A DNA stretch of 64,000 bases, from positions 6,030 through 70,029 of the forward strand of contig JBFHIZ010000001.1 of NCBI GenBank assembly GCA_041596215.1. Direction: 5' to 3'. Position 1 is the stretch's first letter; each line of letters begins with the position of its first letter. The stretch comes from Lachnospiraceae bacterium (GTDB lineage Bacteria; Bacillota; Clostridia; Lachnospirales; Lachnospiraceae). Made by a program: the position numbers and the translations under genes. Of the stretch, positions 47,481 through 57,954 are shown one piece after another. A model generated the notes under the pieces. The model worked only from the letters and a program-made list of their open reading frames with translations, did not search any database and was not told the origin of the DNA.

Positions 47481-48794
47481 TTATTCTTTTTTCTTATTTT
47501 GTTTACGAAATTTGACTGGCTCATATATCTTTCGAATGGATTTAATCACATGATTATTATTTCTATTTGAAATGGTGTAATCAAAATCTTCTTTTTTTGT
47601 TCCTAAATTTACCACTTGATTCATTTGTAAATCATGTTTTAAATAATCAATCATATTATTTTTGGTTGCATTTTTATTATATATACGTAATACAGAATAA
47701 TTTGAATTGATGTCATAGATATAAGTCACTACCTTTAATTCTTTTAAATAATCTTCCTCTTTTAATCGCTTATAAAAAGCTTTTATTTTTTCGTTTTTAT
47801 CAAGAATCATAAAATACACTACTTCTTCATTTTCGGGCATAACTCTTTTGACATAATTACGATAAGGGGAACGCCTCATCCGATCAATCAATTGACAATA
47901 TTCAAAATCATCTGAATCCTCATAGTAAATCATAACCATATCTTCAATAATTACATTACAAAAACTTTTCAACTGAAATTCATGTATTAAATCATAAAGA
48001 ATTCTTGCTTTTTCTCTTGATATCACATAGGTACGTACAAATCGATTTTCTGCCGTATCATATAATACAGCCCCATCCATTCCAATGACAGGAAGCTTTA
48101 ATTCAATATCACGTAAAGGTTCAATTAAGGATGCTGGTGTTGATCTCGAAAAAATAGTAAAATGCAATCCAGATTCAATCATTCGATTCAATTCCACACG
48201 TTCATATGGAGTGAATTTTGTATGCACAAACTCAAATTGATCATCTAAATCCGCAATAAGCAAAAAATCATTCTTCTTATCCCTTGGTAAATGTGCATAG
48301 TTGATAGATATTCCAATTATGAGACCTATTACCGTATCTAAAAAACGATTCCAAACAAACAAATATGGATTTTGATCTATAATATGTATAACTACAATAC
48401 TCAAAAAAACAACGCAAGAAAAATAAGCTGCATCGTTACGTTTTAATATAACTGTTGTATATATTACTGGAATTATCATAAACGAAACAAATAATGCAAA
48501 TACAATATCATACTGCATTGAAATATGATATCCAATTTGTTTTTCAATAATGATAACAAATAAGCCAAAAATAGCACCAATGATAGTACCAATAAAGCGT
48601 TGTATCGCTAATTTTTTTGAATTTTTAATATAATGATGCATACACCATAATGCAGCAATCTGAGAATAAAATACAATTCCCGCATCTCCTCTTAGAATTG
48701 ATACAAGATAACATAGTAATACTGCAATCGAGGATTTAATAATTCTAAGTCCTATCGGTGGAATTTTCATTTTTTTTTGATTCATTCGTCCCAT
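47481..48794 (-). CDS. ArAE/FUSC-like membrane domain fused to a Cof-type HAD-like domain
   Basis: N-terminal IGLRIIKSSIAVLLCY...RFIGTIIGAIFG is typical of the aromatic acid exporter family. The C-terminal ~260 aa has LLIADLDDQ (motif I-like), FSRSTP, and a degenerate motif IV (NLGTKKED). Confidence 0.55.
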   Translation of the reverse strand: MGRMNQKKMKIPPIGLRIIKSSIAVLLCYLVSILRGDAGIVFYSQIAALWCMHHYIKNSKKLAIQRFIGTIIGAIFGLFVIIIEKQIGYHISMQYDIVFALFVSFMIIPVIYTTVILKRNDAAYFSCVVFLSIVVIHIIDQNPYLFVWNRFLDTVIGLIIGISINYAHLPRDKKNDFLLIADLDDQFEFVHTKFTPYERVELNRMIESGLHFTIFSRSTPASLIEPLRDIELKLPVIGMDGAVLYDTAENRFVRTYVISREKARILYDLIHEFQLKSFCNVIIEDMVMIYYEDSDDFEYCQLIDRMRRSPYRNYVKRVMPENEEVVYFMILDKNEKIKAFYKRLKEEDYLKELKVVTYIYDINSNYSVLRIYNKNATKNNMIDYLKHDLQMNQVVNLGTKKEDFDYTISNRNNNHVIKSIRKIYEPVKFRKQNKKKE

Positions 48795-48825
48795 CCATTT
48801 TCAACTTTCATGATATAAATTTATA

Positions 48826-49461
48826 TTATTTATTATGCTTTCTTTGCATTTCAAATTCATCAATAATTTCTGTGATTAAATGAACAGAACCTTCAATTCC
48901 AAAAATCATAGAATCAATTGTTGCATCATAACTATCAACTGCACCCCATTTTTTTGAAGTATAGTAATTATAATAGCTTTGTCGTTGTTTATCTTTTTTA
49001 TTTACCATATCTTCTGCTTGTGCTTCAGATAAATCATATTTTTTTTGTATTCTTTGAATTCGCAACTCTTTTTGTCCATGAATAAATAAATGTAAGGAAT
49101 TTTTATAATCTGCTAACGCATAGTCTGCACATCTTCCAACAATAACACAAGGACCTTCCTTTGCATATTTCTTAATTGCATTAAATTGTGCTAAAAATAC
49201 TTTATGAGAAATTGGCATGTCAACAAAAGATGCCGAATTATATCCAAATGAATAGGTGTCCATTACTAAATTATATAAAAAAGAATTATTCGGTCTTTCA
49301 TCATGTTCTTTAATCATTTCTTCACAAAAGCCGCTTTCTTTTGCTGCTCTCGTTAATAATTGCTTATCATAACAGGGAATCCCATAATATGCGGCAACTT
49401 TCTCTCCGATTTCTCTTCCTGCAGAACCAAATTTTCTTCCAATTGTAATTATCGTATTCAT
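48826..49461 (-). CDS. Cytidylate kinase-like family protein (paralog)
   Basis: ITIGRKFGSAGREIGEKVAAYYGIPCYDKQLL. The ATG at 49461 lies 8 nt after GAGGAGG. Confidence 0.65.
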   Translation of the reverse strand: MNTIITIGRKFGSAGREIGEKVAAYYGIPCYDKQLLTRAAKESGFCEEMIKEHDERPNNSFLYNLVMDTYSFGYNSASFVDMPISHKVFLAQFNAIKKYAKEGPCVIVGRCADYALADYKNSLHLFIHGQKELRIQRIQKKYDLSEAQAEDMVNKKDKQRQSYYNYYTSKKWGAVDSYDATIDSMIFGIEGSVHLITEIIDEFEMQRKHNK

Positions 49462-49559
49462 ATACACATCCTCCTCAAATATGAATTAAAAACACCTTAT
49501 TCTTATTACAAGTATATCACTATTTTTAAAAAATCCTATTCATATTTTTAAAAAACATT

Positions 49560-50477
49560 CTATTTTCTAAGCTTTTCAAGAATTTCTTCAAAATATTTCG
49601 GTAAGGGTGCAATTATTTCAATATATGTTTTTGTTTTCGGGTGAATAAATCCTAGCGTCATAGCATGCAGAACTTGACCAGATGTTGCCGTAAATTTATT
49701 TTCTTTAATCCCATAAACTTCATCTCCAACTAATGGGTGCCCTATAGATGCCATATGTACACGAATTTGATGTGTTCTACCTGTTTCAAGAACACACTCA
49801 ATATAAGAATAGCCTGGATATGTTTCCAGTACCTTATAGTGTGTAATTGCATGTTTTGTTTTCTTTGAATGAGTTGACATTTTTTTTCGATCAGAAACAT
49901 GTCTTCCAATTGGTTGATCAATAACACCATCGAATTCTTTCATGTTCCCATGTACAATAGCACGATACTTTCGAACAATTGTATGATCCTTTAATTGTTT
50001 TGCAATATCTTTATGCGAAAAATCATTTTTACAAACCATAACCGATCCCGTTGTTTCTTTGTCAATTCTATGCACGATCCCGGGGCGTAATACACCATTA
50101 ATTCCTGATAAAGAATCCTTACAATAATATAACAATCCATTTACCATCGTTCCTGAATAATGTCCAGGAGCTGGATGTACCACCATACCTTTTGGTTTAT
50201 TGATAATAATGATGTCCTCATCTTCAAACAAAATATCAAGTGGTATATTTTCCGCTTCGCACTTTAATTCTAACGAATCTGGTATCGTAATTTCCACCGT
50301 ATCATTTGTCATACAACGATAATTCACTTTAATTAACTTTTGATTAACAAAAACTTGTTCATCTTTGATCAATTTCTGTAGATAATTTCTTGAAAATTCT
50401 GGAAATTTATTATTTAGCACTTTATCAATGCGTTCTCCTTTATCATTTTCAGTTAATATATACGTTTTGCTTTCCAT
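49560..50477 (-). CDS. rluD: 23S rRNA pseudouridine synthase RluD-type
   Basis: S4 domain, HRIDKETTGSVMV, and HQIRVH. Downstream of lspA, as in many Firmicutes. Confidence 0.8.
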   Translation of the reverse strand: MESKTYILTENDKGERIDKVLNNKFPEFSRNYLQKLIKDEQVFVNQKLIKVNYRCMTNDTVEITIPDSLELKCEAENIPLDILFEDEDIIIINKPKGMVVHPAPGHYSGTMVNGLLYYCKDSLSGINGVLRPGIVHRIDKETTGSVMVCKNDFSHKDIAKQLKDHTIVRKYRAIVHGNMKEFDGVIDQPIGRHVSDRKKMSTHSKKTKHAITHYKVLETYPGYSYIECVLETGRTHQIRVHMASIGHPLVGDEVYGIKENKFTATSGQVLHAMTLGFIHPKTKTYIEIIAPLPKYFEEILEKLRK

Positions 50478-50485
50478 ATTTGCCT

Positions 50486-51049
50486 CTATTCTTTAATTTG
50501 GCGTATTGATTTTTTTCTTAAATTCATGAATTCAAAATCTTCTTCTTTATATACAAATAATACAACAATCGCTAAGATTGCAGTACCTATACAAACAAAT
50601 AAATCAGCCACATTAAAAATCGGGAAATTAATGAGTCGAATATAGAAAAAATCAATCACATAATCAAATCGTAACCGGTCAATTAAATTATTACCAATCG
50701 CACCTGCAGCAATTAGAATAAGGCTGACATGTAATACATTAAATTTTTTGGTTGCAGGTGTTTTAATCAATATATAGGAAATCACTAGTAAAACTAAAAT
50801 CACAATTAAAACAAATAAAGCTTTTTGATTTTTTAGCATACCAAATGCAGCTCCTGTATTCTCTAAATAGTTTAATTCAAAAACTCCGTCCCATATAACA
50901 AATGGTTTCTTATCTTTAAGATTTAAAACTGCATAATACTTAGTTATTTGATCAACTGCAACACAACATGCTAATAAAAATAAATCAAGTGCCCATCTGA
51001 TTATTGCATATTTTATTTTTTTATTTACATTATTCATAGGTTTATTCAT
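50486..51049 (-). CDS. lspA: Signal peptidase II
   Basis: DQITKY, NTGAAFG, GAIGNNLIDR, and FNVADLFVCIG. Confidence 0.85.
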   Translation of the reverse strand: MNKPMNNVNKKIKYAIIRWALDLFLLACCVAVDQITKYYAVLNLKDKKPFVIWDGVFELNYLENTGAAFGMLKNQKALFVLIVILVLLVISYILIKTPATKKFNVLHVSLILIAAGAIGNNLIDRLRFDYVIDFFYIRLINFPIFNVADLFVCIGTAILAIVVLFVYKEEDFEFMNLRKKSIRQIKE

Positions 51050-52148
51050 ATCCCTCTTCTTCCTTATAATTTATTTCTTCAATTCCTAATCGTAAATCCT
51101 CAGCCGTTAAATCTAACGTTAAAAATGCCTTCCCGACCTTTTTTAATAATACAAATTGAATTCCGCTTTTTTTCATTTTTTTATCATTTTTTGTCAAATT
51201 AATAATTTCTTCAATATCTAATTCATCGATTGAAATCGGCAAATGAAAAGGAACGAACATATCTCTAATTTCATAATATTCATCCTTTGGAAGAAAATTT
51301 TTTTGATAAGAAATATAAGCAGCTGCAATCATACCAAGCGCAACACATTCACCATGAAATAATGTGAAGTTTCTATTTTTTTCAATTGCATGGCCAATTG
51401 TATGTCCAAAATTCAGTAGCGCACGTTCTCCTTTTTCCGTTGGATCAGCAATTACAATTTTTCTTTTAATTTCTTGACTTTGATAAATCATTTCTTCTAT
51501 TATTGGTTCTTCTAAATCCATGATTTCAACCATATTATATAGTAACCATTCATAAAAAGACGCATCTTTTATTAATCCTGCTTTTAAAACTTCAGCCATT
51601 CCAGAACTGAATTGTCTTTTTGGTAATTCTTTTAATGTTAAAATGTTTACATATACAAGTTTCGGTTGATAAAAAGACCCTACCATATTTTTATAATTCA
51701 AAAAATCCACACCAGTTTTTCCACCAATACTACTATCTACTTGTGAAAGCAAGGTTGTTGGAACCTGAATATAATCGATTCCTCGAAGATATGTTGCTGC
51801 TGTAAAACCAGTTAAATCACCAACAACTCCACCACCTAATGCAATCAACAAATCCTCCCGATAAAATTTATTTTGAATTAAAAACTCATACAACTGTTGC
51901 ACAGTATGTAAATTTTTACTTTCTTCCCCAGCTTGAAATTCAAAAAAATACACTTCACTTGATAACTTACCACATTCATTTTTTAACTCGTTACCAAACA
52001 ATGGATTTACATTGCTATCTGTTACAATGCATATCTTTTTTTTACTATATTCAAGTGATTCCAACTCTTCTGCAAACATAGAGAAATCAGAATGAATAAC
52101 AATATCATAAAGCTTCGTCTTTCCTTTTTTTACTTCTAGTCTTTTCAT
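51042..52148 (-). CDS. aroB: 3-dehydroquinate synthase
   Basis: GGGVVGDLTGFTAATYLRGIDYIQVPTTLLSQVDSSIGGKTGV. The ATG at 52148 lies 9 nt after GGAG; the listed TTG at 52169 is less likely. Confidence 0.85.
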   Translation of the reverse strand: MKRLEVKKGKTKLYDIVIHSDFSMFAEELESLEYSKKKICIVTDSNVNPLFGNELKNECGKLSSEVYFFEFQAGEESKNLHTVQQLYEFLIQNKFYREDLLIALGGGVVGDLTGFTAATYLRGIDYIQVPTTLLSQVDSSIGGKTGVDFLNYKNMVGSFYQPKLVYVNILTLKELPKRQFSSGMAEVLKAGLIKDASFYEWLLYNMVEIMDLEEPIIEEMIYQSQEIKRKIVIADPTEKGERALLNFGHTIGHAIEKNRNFTLFHGECVALGMIAAAYISYQKNFLPKDEYYEIRDMFVPFHLPISIDELDIEEIINLTKNDKKMKKSGIQFVLLKKVGKAFLTLDLTAEDLRLGIEEINYKEEEGYE

Positions 52149-52167
52149 AAAGTATACTCCTTTTTTC

Positions 52168-52199
52168 AAAAAAACTTCCCAATAAAAATAGGAAGTTTT
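52168..52199 (-). terminator. Rho-independent terminator after sepF
   Basis: On the - strand: AAAACTTCC / loop / GGAAGTTTT followed by a T-run. Confidence 0.6.
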
Positions 52200-52226
52200 A
52201 CTATTTCATACAAATATTCAATTCTT

Positions 52227-52748
52227 TTAGTTAATCACGCCACTTGATAAAACATCTTGTAAATCTCCAAAAATATCGACACTACTTGGAGTGATAATAA
52301 AAATATAATGACTTATTTTCTGTAAATTTCCATCAATTGCATAACAAGAGCCTGATGTGAAATCGATAATTCTTTGTGCGATATCAACATCAATTCCTTC
52401 TAAATTTAGAATGACAGGTTTATTTTCGAGTAATGTAGATGTGATTTCTCTTGCATCGTCAACTGATGTAGGTCTAATTACACATACTTCCATATTGTTC
52501 GATCCTCCTATACTCCTACGAGTAGGCTTCAAGTTTGATTTATTCGTTACTTTTGGTTTTATATGTTTTTCATCATCGAAGAAATCATTCTCTTCTACTT
52601 GTTTCTCTTCTTTAATGACATTTTTCTTTGTTTTTTTACTTATTTCTTCTTCATCATCAAAATCATATTCGTTATCATCATAATATTTATCATCATCTTC
52701 TTCACCATTTAATTTTAAATAGTCTAAAAATTTATCCATAGCCCCCAT
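52227..52748 (-). CDS. sepF: Cell division protein SepF
   Basis: Acidic linker, then VIRPTSVDDAREITSTLLENKPVILNLEGID...AQRIIDFTSG. Confidence 0.85.
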   Translation of the reverse strand: MGAMDKFLDYLKLNGEEDDDKYYDDNEYDFDDEEEISKKTKKNVIKEEKQVEENDFFDDEKHIKPKVTNKSNLKPTRRSIGGSNNMEVCVIRPTSVDDAREITSTLLENKPVILNLEGIDVDIAQRIIDFTSGSCYAIDGNLQKISHYIFIITPSSVDIFGDLQDVLSSGVIN

Positions 52749-52768
52749 AATAAATCTCCTTAAAATTT

Positions 52769-53464
52769 CTATTTCATATTCGAGTAATCTCTTTGTCCGA
52801 AAATTTCAGTTCCAACACGAAGGAACGTTGCTCCTTCTTCTACTGCCACCAAATAATCTTTGCTCATTCCCATAGAAAGTTCACTCATATTAGTATTATC
52901 AATGTTTTTCTGTTGTATGTCAACTAATACTTGCTTTAATTTTCGAAAATATTTCCGATTTTCTTCCGAATCAATTGCATTTGGAGCAACGGTCATAAGT
53001 CCACATATCTGTACGTTTTTCATATTCGATATTTCATGATAAACCGATGTAAGATTCTCTAAATATATTCCGAATTTTGAATCTTCTTTAGAAACGTTAA
53101 TTTCTAATAAAATTTTAATTATACGTTGATACTTAAATGCCTGCTTATTAATTTCTTCAGCAAGTCGTACAGAATCCACACTATGAATATAACTTACTTT
53201 ATCAATAATATATTTCACCTTATTTCTTTGTAAATGTCCTATCATGTGCCAATGAATATCTTTCGGAAGTATTTCATATTTATTCACTAATTCTTGCACT
53301 TTGTTTTCTCCAAAATCACGGCATCCCACATCATAAATCTTACGAATATCTTCTACCGGTTTGGTTTTGCTGACAGCAATTAATGTCGTTTTCTGCTTAC
53401 AATTTTTCGTATCCTTTATTTCTTTTATTTTATGAATAACTTCTAAATATTGTTTTTCTATCAA
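52769..53464 (-). CDS. yggS: YggS/YlmE family PLP-binding protein
   Basis: LIAVSKTKP and HMIGHLQRNKVKY. TTG start 5-6 nt after GGAGG. Confidence 0.85.
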   Translation of the reverse strand: MIEKQYLEVIHKIKEIKDTKNCKQKTTLIAVSKTKPVEDIRKIYDVGCRDFGENKVQELVNKYEILPKDIHWHMIGHLQRNKVKYIIDKVSYIHSVDSVRLAEEINKQAFKYQRIIKILLEINVSKEDSKFGIYLENLTSVYHEISNMKNVQICGLMTVAPNAIDSEENRKYFRKLKQVLVDIQQKNIDNTNMSELSMGMSKDYLVAVEEGATFLRVGTEIFGQRDYSNMK

Positions 53465-53477
53465 AATATCCTCCTAA

Positions 53478-54884
53478 CTAATATAATAAATCATCATCTT
53501 CAACGGTTTCCGCATCTAAAACAATATAATCATAATCACTTAATCCATATTTTGTGTTAGATTTTACGATTGCATATTCATCGTTTGAATATAATATTGT
53601 AATCTGTGTAAAATCTGCATATCCTTTATTTATATTATATACTCCAATTAATGTTCCAACTTTATTCACAATAAATGATTCTACTGAATCAGTCATTAAT
53701 AGTTTGTTTCCATAATTTAATAATTCTGAATCAATATAATATTCTTCATCATTTTCATAATAAATGGTTAAAGGTAGTTTTTTTATTGATTTTAAACCTT
53801 CTTCATCATAATATTCAAGCATAACATAATAATCTGTATTACTTCCTTCATTATCTGTAAATAAAAATTCTTTTGGAATTAAAAAAAATGTTTTTTCAAT
53901 AATTGCAGATTTGGGAATTTTCAACCCTTCTTCTTCCTCCGTTAATAACTCAATTTCAACAAATCGTTCTTTTGAAAAAGTAATCATAGAATTTGTAAAA
54001 GTAAGTTGTATGAAATTCCCACTGTCATTATTAATATGATGAATTAACCCCCAAGACTCTTTTTGATTCTTTAAAAACCGAACTTTAATATAATCTCCCT
54101 CTTGTAAACTAGTTTGTCGCTCTTCTGAAACATTAATAATTAAACTCCAGGTTTCATTTGTGACCAATTTATAAATTGGTGTATTTTCAAGAATCAATTC
54201 ATTTGATAAAAAATCCGTTTTTTGATACGTTTCCAAATTAAAATCATCCATTGTAATATCTTCCGGACTAAAGCTTTCATAACCATCCACATAATATACA
54301 ACAATTCCCGTATTCGCAGAAGTTTGAATATCAAGACTTGATAAATCAATATCTTGATTTGCTTTCTCTAAATTTTCTTTTAAAGAAGAATTTAGAAATT
54401 TGGAAATGGATATATCTAATTCTTTTTTAAAATCATATACACTACTAAAATTATCATATGAAAAATTCGATTCAAAAGACTGTATATTTTCTTTTAATTC
54501 AAACAGGTCTTTTTCATCTAAATCACTCGTTCCATCCGTATTTTCAAGCAATAAATTTTCTAATTCATCCCCTTCGTCAATCGCACATACAATATCATTA
54601 ACGCCTACTCTCGTGGCTTCTGTAACAAAATAAGATATATACCCACTCTGATTTGAAGAAACTACCTCTTCTTCACGAATCGCTAATCCAGTATAAACGT
54701 TAGGAAGCGTTAGTTCTCCTGTTTTCACCTCATATCCAACAATATGTTTAGAAGTTCCATAAACAATTACCATAGCTAAAATATACAAAAAGATAACACC
54801 AAAAATAATCAACCCTATATTTAGTTGAAATGGTTTCTTGTATTTTCTTATTTTTCCATTATTTTTCCCATTTTTCTTTTTCAT
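53478..54884 (-). CDS. Membrane-anchored protein, possibly HlyD/membrane-fusion-like
   Basis: K-rich N-terminus and one TM segment, then a barrel-sandwich-like stretch (VGYEVKTGELT...GYISYFVTEATRVGVNDIVCAIDEG). Weak assignment. Confidence 0.35.
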   Translation of the reverse strand: MKKKNGKNNGKIRKYKKPFQLNIGLIIFGVIFLYILAMVIVYGTSKHIVGYEVKTGELTLPNVYTGLAIREEEVVSSNQSGYISYFVTEATRVGVNDIVCAIDEGDELENLLLENTDGTSDLDEKDLFELKENIQSFESNFSYDNFSSVYDFKKELDISISKFLNSSLKENLEKANQDIDLSSLDIQTSANTGIVVYYVDGYESFSPEDITMDDFNLETYQKTDFLSNELILENTPIYKLVTNETWSLIINVSEERQTSLQEGDYIKVRFLKNQKESWGLIHHINNDSGNFIQLTFTNSMITFSKERFVEIELLTEEEEGLKIPKSAIIEKTFFLIPKEFLFTDNEGSNTDYYVMLEYYDEEGLKSIKKLPLTIYYENDEEYYIDSELLNYGNKLLMTDSVESFIVNKVGTLIGVYNINKGYADFTQITILYSNDEYAIVKSNTKYGLSDYDYIVLDAETVEDDDLLY

Positions 54885-54919
54885 AATTTACCTTTATAAA
54901 TTACTTGTCTATTTACGTT

Positions 54920-54945
54920 AAAAAAGCCTCGGAACTCCGAGGCTT
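54920..54945 (-). terminator. Rho-independent terminator
   Basis: On the - strand: AAGCCTCGG / AGTT / CCGAGGCTT followed by TTTTTT. Confidence 0.8.
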
Positions 54946-54955
54946 ACTATTATAT

Positions 54956-55375
54956 TTAAAGTGATACAATGATTTTAGATTTTACAGCTTCTGGTAATTG
55001 GTCTTCGTTCATCGAAACACTTAAAATAAAGTCAACCTTTGATTTTTCACTTACATGATCCAATTTCATAATTACCGTTTCTAATTTTGTTTCTTCAACA
55101 CACGCAATTTTCAAAAAACTATCAAAATACATTTGTTGTAAATCATGGTCCTGTGATAAAACTCCTTCAATAAATCCGACAAACTCATCACTCGTTTCTA
55201 AGGAATACTCTGATACATCAATTAAACGAATTTTATTATTTAGTTCATACATATGTTTTGCACTTTTGTCAAAATAAACAATTGTTCCTTGTACTTTTTT
55301 AATTTCATCATTTACCATATCTAGAATTTTTTTCGTCTTACCCTTGCCCCTATTACCAACTATTAGTTTAATCAT
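54956..55375 (-). CDS. Small P-loop NTPase of unknown function
   Basis: 139 aa. Walker A GNRGKGKT at res 7-14; candidate Walker B QQMYFDSF. RBS GGAGG. Confidence 0.5.
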   Translation of the reverse strand: MIKLIVGNRGKGKTKKILDMVNDEIKKVQGTIVYFDKSAKHMYELNNKIRLIDVSEYSLETSDEFVGFIEGVLSQDHDLQQMYFDSFLKIACVEETKLETVIMKLDHVSEKSKVDFILSVSMNEDQLPEAVKSKIIVSL

Positions 55376-55466
55376 TGTAATACCTCCTAAATTCGTATTT
55401 TTTATTATACATAATATAATAAATGGTATGATTTAATTATAGTAGATTCACACAAAAAAAACAATG

Positions 55467-56459
55467 TTAATTCTCGATTTCTTTTAGCAGTTCATCCATT
55501 TGTTCATACATTCGTTCCTTATCATTTGCATGCATCATAATTGCAATATAACTTTTGTTCAATTTATCAAGACCATAGACAATCAGGCAATTTCCCGCAG
55601 CAAATGTTGTTCCTGTTTTTCCACCTGCTACTCTTATAAAATCTGGTGTTTCAACTTCCCCACTTAAATATAAATTAGTAGACAAAAAATCAAAGTATTT
55701 GTCTTGACCTAATTTATCTTTATAAACCGATTTATAAGAACCTAATTGAATAATATCTTTAAATGTTTCATTACTCAATGCTTTATTGAAAATCAAATAC
55801 ATATCATATAATGTAACATATTGATTATCCTCTGTTAATCCATGTGGATTTACAAAATTCGAATGTACTGCCCCAATTTTTAGTGCTTCTTCATTCATCA
55901 TTTCCACAAAATGTTCAACGGTTCCGCCCACATGTTTTGCAATAACCATTGCTGCGTCATTTGCGGACCAAATTAAAAGGACATACATAAGTTGAGACAT
56001 GGTTAACACATCACCTTCTGCAAGTCCACAACGTTGTGCTCCTGCTTCTAAATGATTAATCTCATCTCCTACTACAACCGTATCTTCTAAATTTCCATAT
56101 GTTAAAGCCACATATGCGGTAAGTACTTTAAGTAAACTAGCAGGTGCTAATTCGCTATGTACATTTTTGGCATATAATACTTCCTTATCATCAATGGAAA
56201 ATAAACCCGCAGAATCTGGCTCCGTAATAACCAAATCCAATCCCGCAAGATTGTTTTCATTTACAATGCATAAATCTGCCGCAAATGTTTCTAGTTTATT
56301 ACTTCTATCAATTTCACCCATTCGAAAACAACCGACCTCATAATCCGAAGTATAAGGCATCAAATAATCCGTTTGTTTACACGCAGTAAGAAGTAAAGAT
56401 AGAATAAGTAAAAGACTTAATAATTTAATTTTACTATTTGTACATTTCACGCCACTCAA
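55467..56459 (-). CDS. D-alanyl-D-alanine carboxypeptidase (S11) lipoprotein
   Basis: Lipobox LLTAC, SxxK (ASLLK), SxN (SAND), and KTG (GGKTGTT). Start ambiguous (TTG 56459 or GTG 56450). Confidence 0.75.
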   Translation of the reverse strand: MSGVKCTNSKIKLLSLLLILSLLLTACKQTDYLMPYTSDYEVGCFRMGEIDRSNKLETFAADLCIVNENNLAGLDLVITEPDSAGLFSIDDKEVLYAKNVHSELAPASLLKVLTAYVALTYGNLEDTVVVGDEINHLEAGAQRCGLAEGDVLTMSQLMYVLLIWSANDAAMVIAKHVGGTVEHFVEMMNEEALKIGAVHSNFVNPHGLTEDNQYVTLYDMYLIFNKALSNETFKDIIQLGSYKSVYKDKLGQDKYFDFLSTNLYLSGEVETPDFIRVAGGKTGTTFAAGNCLIVYGLDKLNKSYIAIMMHANDKERMYEQMDELLKEIEN

Positions 56460-56829
56460 AATCTCCTCTGTCCAACGATTTAATTAATAATTCCGCAGTT
56501 GCTAAATTTGTAGCTAAAGGAATATTATGCATATCACATAAGCGAACCGCATTGTTTACATCTGGCTCATGTGATTTTGGATTCAATGGGTCTCTAAGAA
56601 AAATAACCAAATCAATTTGATTATGTTCTATTTGTGCTCCAATTTGTTGTTCGCCTCCCAAATGTCCGGCTAAATGTTTATGTATATTTAAATTTGTAAC
56701 CTCTTCAATGAGTCTTCCCGTAGTACCTGTCGCAAACAATTCATTTTTTGATAAAATCCCCTTATAAGCAATACAAAAGTTTTGCATTAGTTTCTTTTTT
56801 GCATCATGTGCAATAAGTGCTATATTCAT
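56434..56829 (-). CDS. mgsA: Methylglyoxal synthase
   Basis: [12 protein letters not shown]..., LFATGTTG, and GGEQQIGA. Confidence 0.9.
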   Translation of the reverse strand: MNIALIAHDAKKKLMQNFCIAYKGILSKNELFATGTTGRLIEEVTNLNIHKHLAGHLGGEQQIGAQIEHNQIDLVIFLRDPLNPKSHEPDVNNAVRLCDMHNIPLATNLATAELLIKSLDRGDFEWREMYK

Positions 56830-56844
56830 CCTATACCTCCTATC

Positions 56845-57954
56845 TTATAATTTTTTAACAGCTTGAAGCCGAATGTTTAATATCAATCCAATTGCTATAA
56901 ATGAGCATAATAAAGATGTTAATCCATAGCTTACAAATGGAAGCGGAATCCCCGTATTAGGAAGTAAAAAGGTTGCAACTCCCATATTAACCATACTTTG
57001 AAATCCCAATAAAGCAGCAATTCCAATTGCAATTAAAGTTCCAGAAAGATCTTTTGCTCTTCTAGCTATTAATAAACACTTAATAATAATAAATAATACT
57101 AATAATATAATTGTAATGCATCCAATAAACCCTAATTCCTCTCCAACAATCGAAAAAATAAAATCCGATTGTGCTTGAGAAATAAAATCTCCATTTTTTA
57201 CAGAAGTTAATGCATTATTATTTAATCCTTTTCCAGATAATTGCCCCGAGCCAATTGCAATTACCGAATTTAGTTGTTGATAAGAATACTGAATATAATC
57301 TTCTGGATATAAAAATCCCATAATTCGATTTCTTTGATAATTTGTAATAATCGTTTGATCTTCTTGTAATACTAAAATCATAAACACAACAGCACTTGGT
57401 ACAATAACTGCAAACACAGCTGCAATGATTTTCCAATTCAATCCTGCTGCAAATAATAAAGTACAAAATATTAAAATAATTACAATACTTGTTGATAAAT
57501 CGGGTTGTTTATAAACTAAACCGAGTGGAACACCTAAAAACAAAAAACAGAGCAGGATTATAGAAAATGTAGAAAACTTTTCTCTATACTTCATGATAAA
57601 CTGTGAAAAAAATAAAATCAACAAAATTTTAGCTAATTCTGATGGTTGAAATCCAAACCCACCAATATTAATCCATCTTTGTGCACCATATACTTCTTTC
57701 CCTAATGGAGAATATGTTATTGCCAATAGAATAATATTCAAAATATAAAGTACCCAATAAAATTTTAAAATAAAACTATAATCTATAAAAGCAATAAAAA
57801 TCATAATAAAAAAACCTGCAATTGCGCCGTAAATTTGCTTGATTTGCAAATCTTGTTTTGCACTACCTACTACCAATATACCAAATATTGTTAACATTAC
57901 AACTGCTAACATAAGTAAAAAATCAAAATTTTTAATTCTATATTTCTTTAGCAT
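56845..57954 (-). CDS. rodA: SEDS protein RodA/FtsW family
   Basis: Polytopic; QPSELAKI, and TGIPLPFVSYG near the C-terminus. Located in the mre cluster. Confidence 0.8.
   Translation of the reverse strand: MLKKYRIKNFDFLLMLAVVMLTIFGILVVGSAKQDLQIKQIYGAIAGFFIMIFIAFIDYSFILKFYWVLYILNIILLAITYSPLGKEVYGAQRWINIGGFGFQPSELAKILLILFFSQFIMKYREKFSTFSIILLCFLFLGVPLGLVYKQPDLSTSIVIILIFCTLLFAAGLNWKIIAAVFAVIVPSAVVFMILVLQEDQTIITNYQRNRIMGFLYPEDYIQYSYQQLNSVIAIGSGQLSGKGLNNNALTSVKNGDFISQAQSDFIFSIVGEELGFIGCITIILLVLFIIIKCLLIARRAKDLSGTLIAIGIAALLGFQSMVNMGVATFLLPNTGIPLPFVSYGLTSLLCSFIAIGLILNIRLQAVKKL

Noticed and set aside
48826-49461. Degenerate P-loop (GSAGRE instead of GxxGK[ST]) in the cytidylate-kinase-like paralog as a sign of a pseudoenzyme
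   Set aside because: As I recall, GSGGRE-type sequences are the norm for this family (Cytidylate_kin2), so the feature belongs to the family and is not locus-specific.
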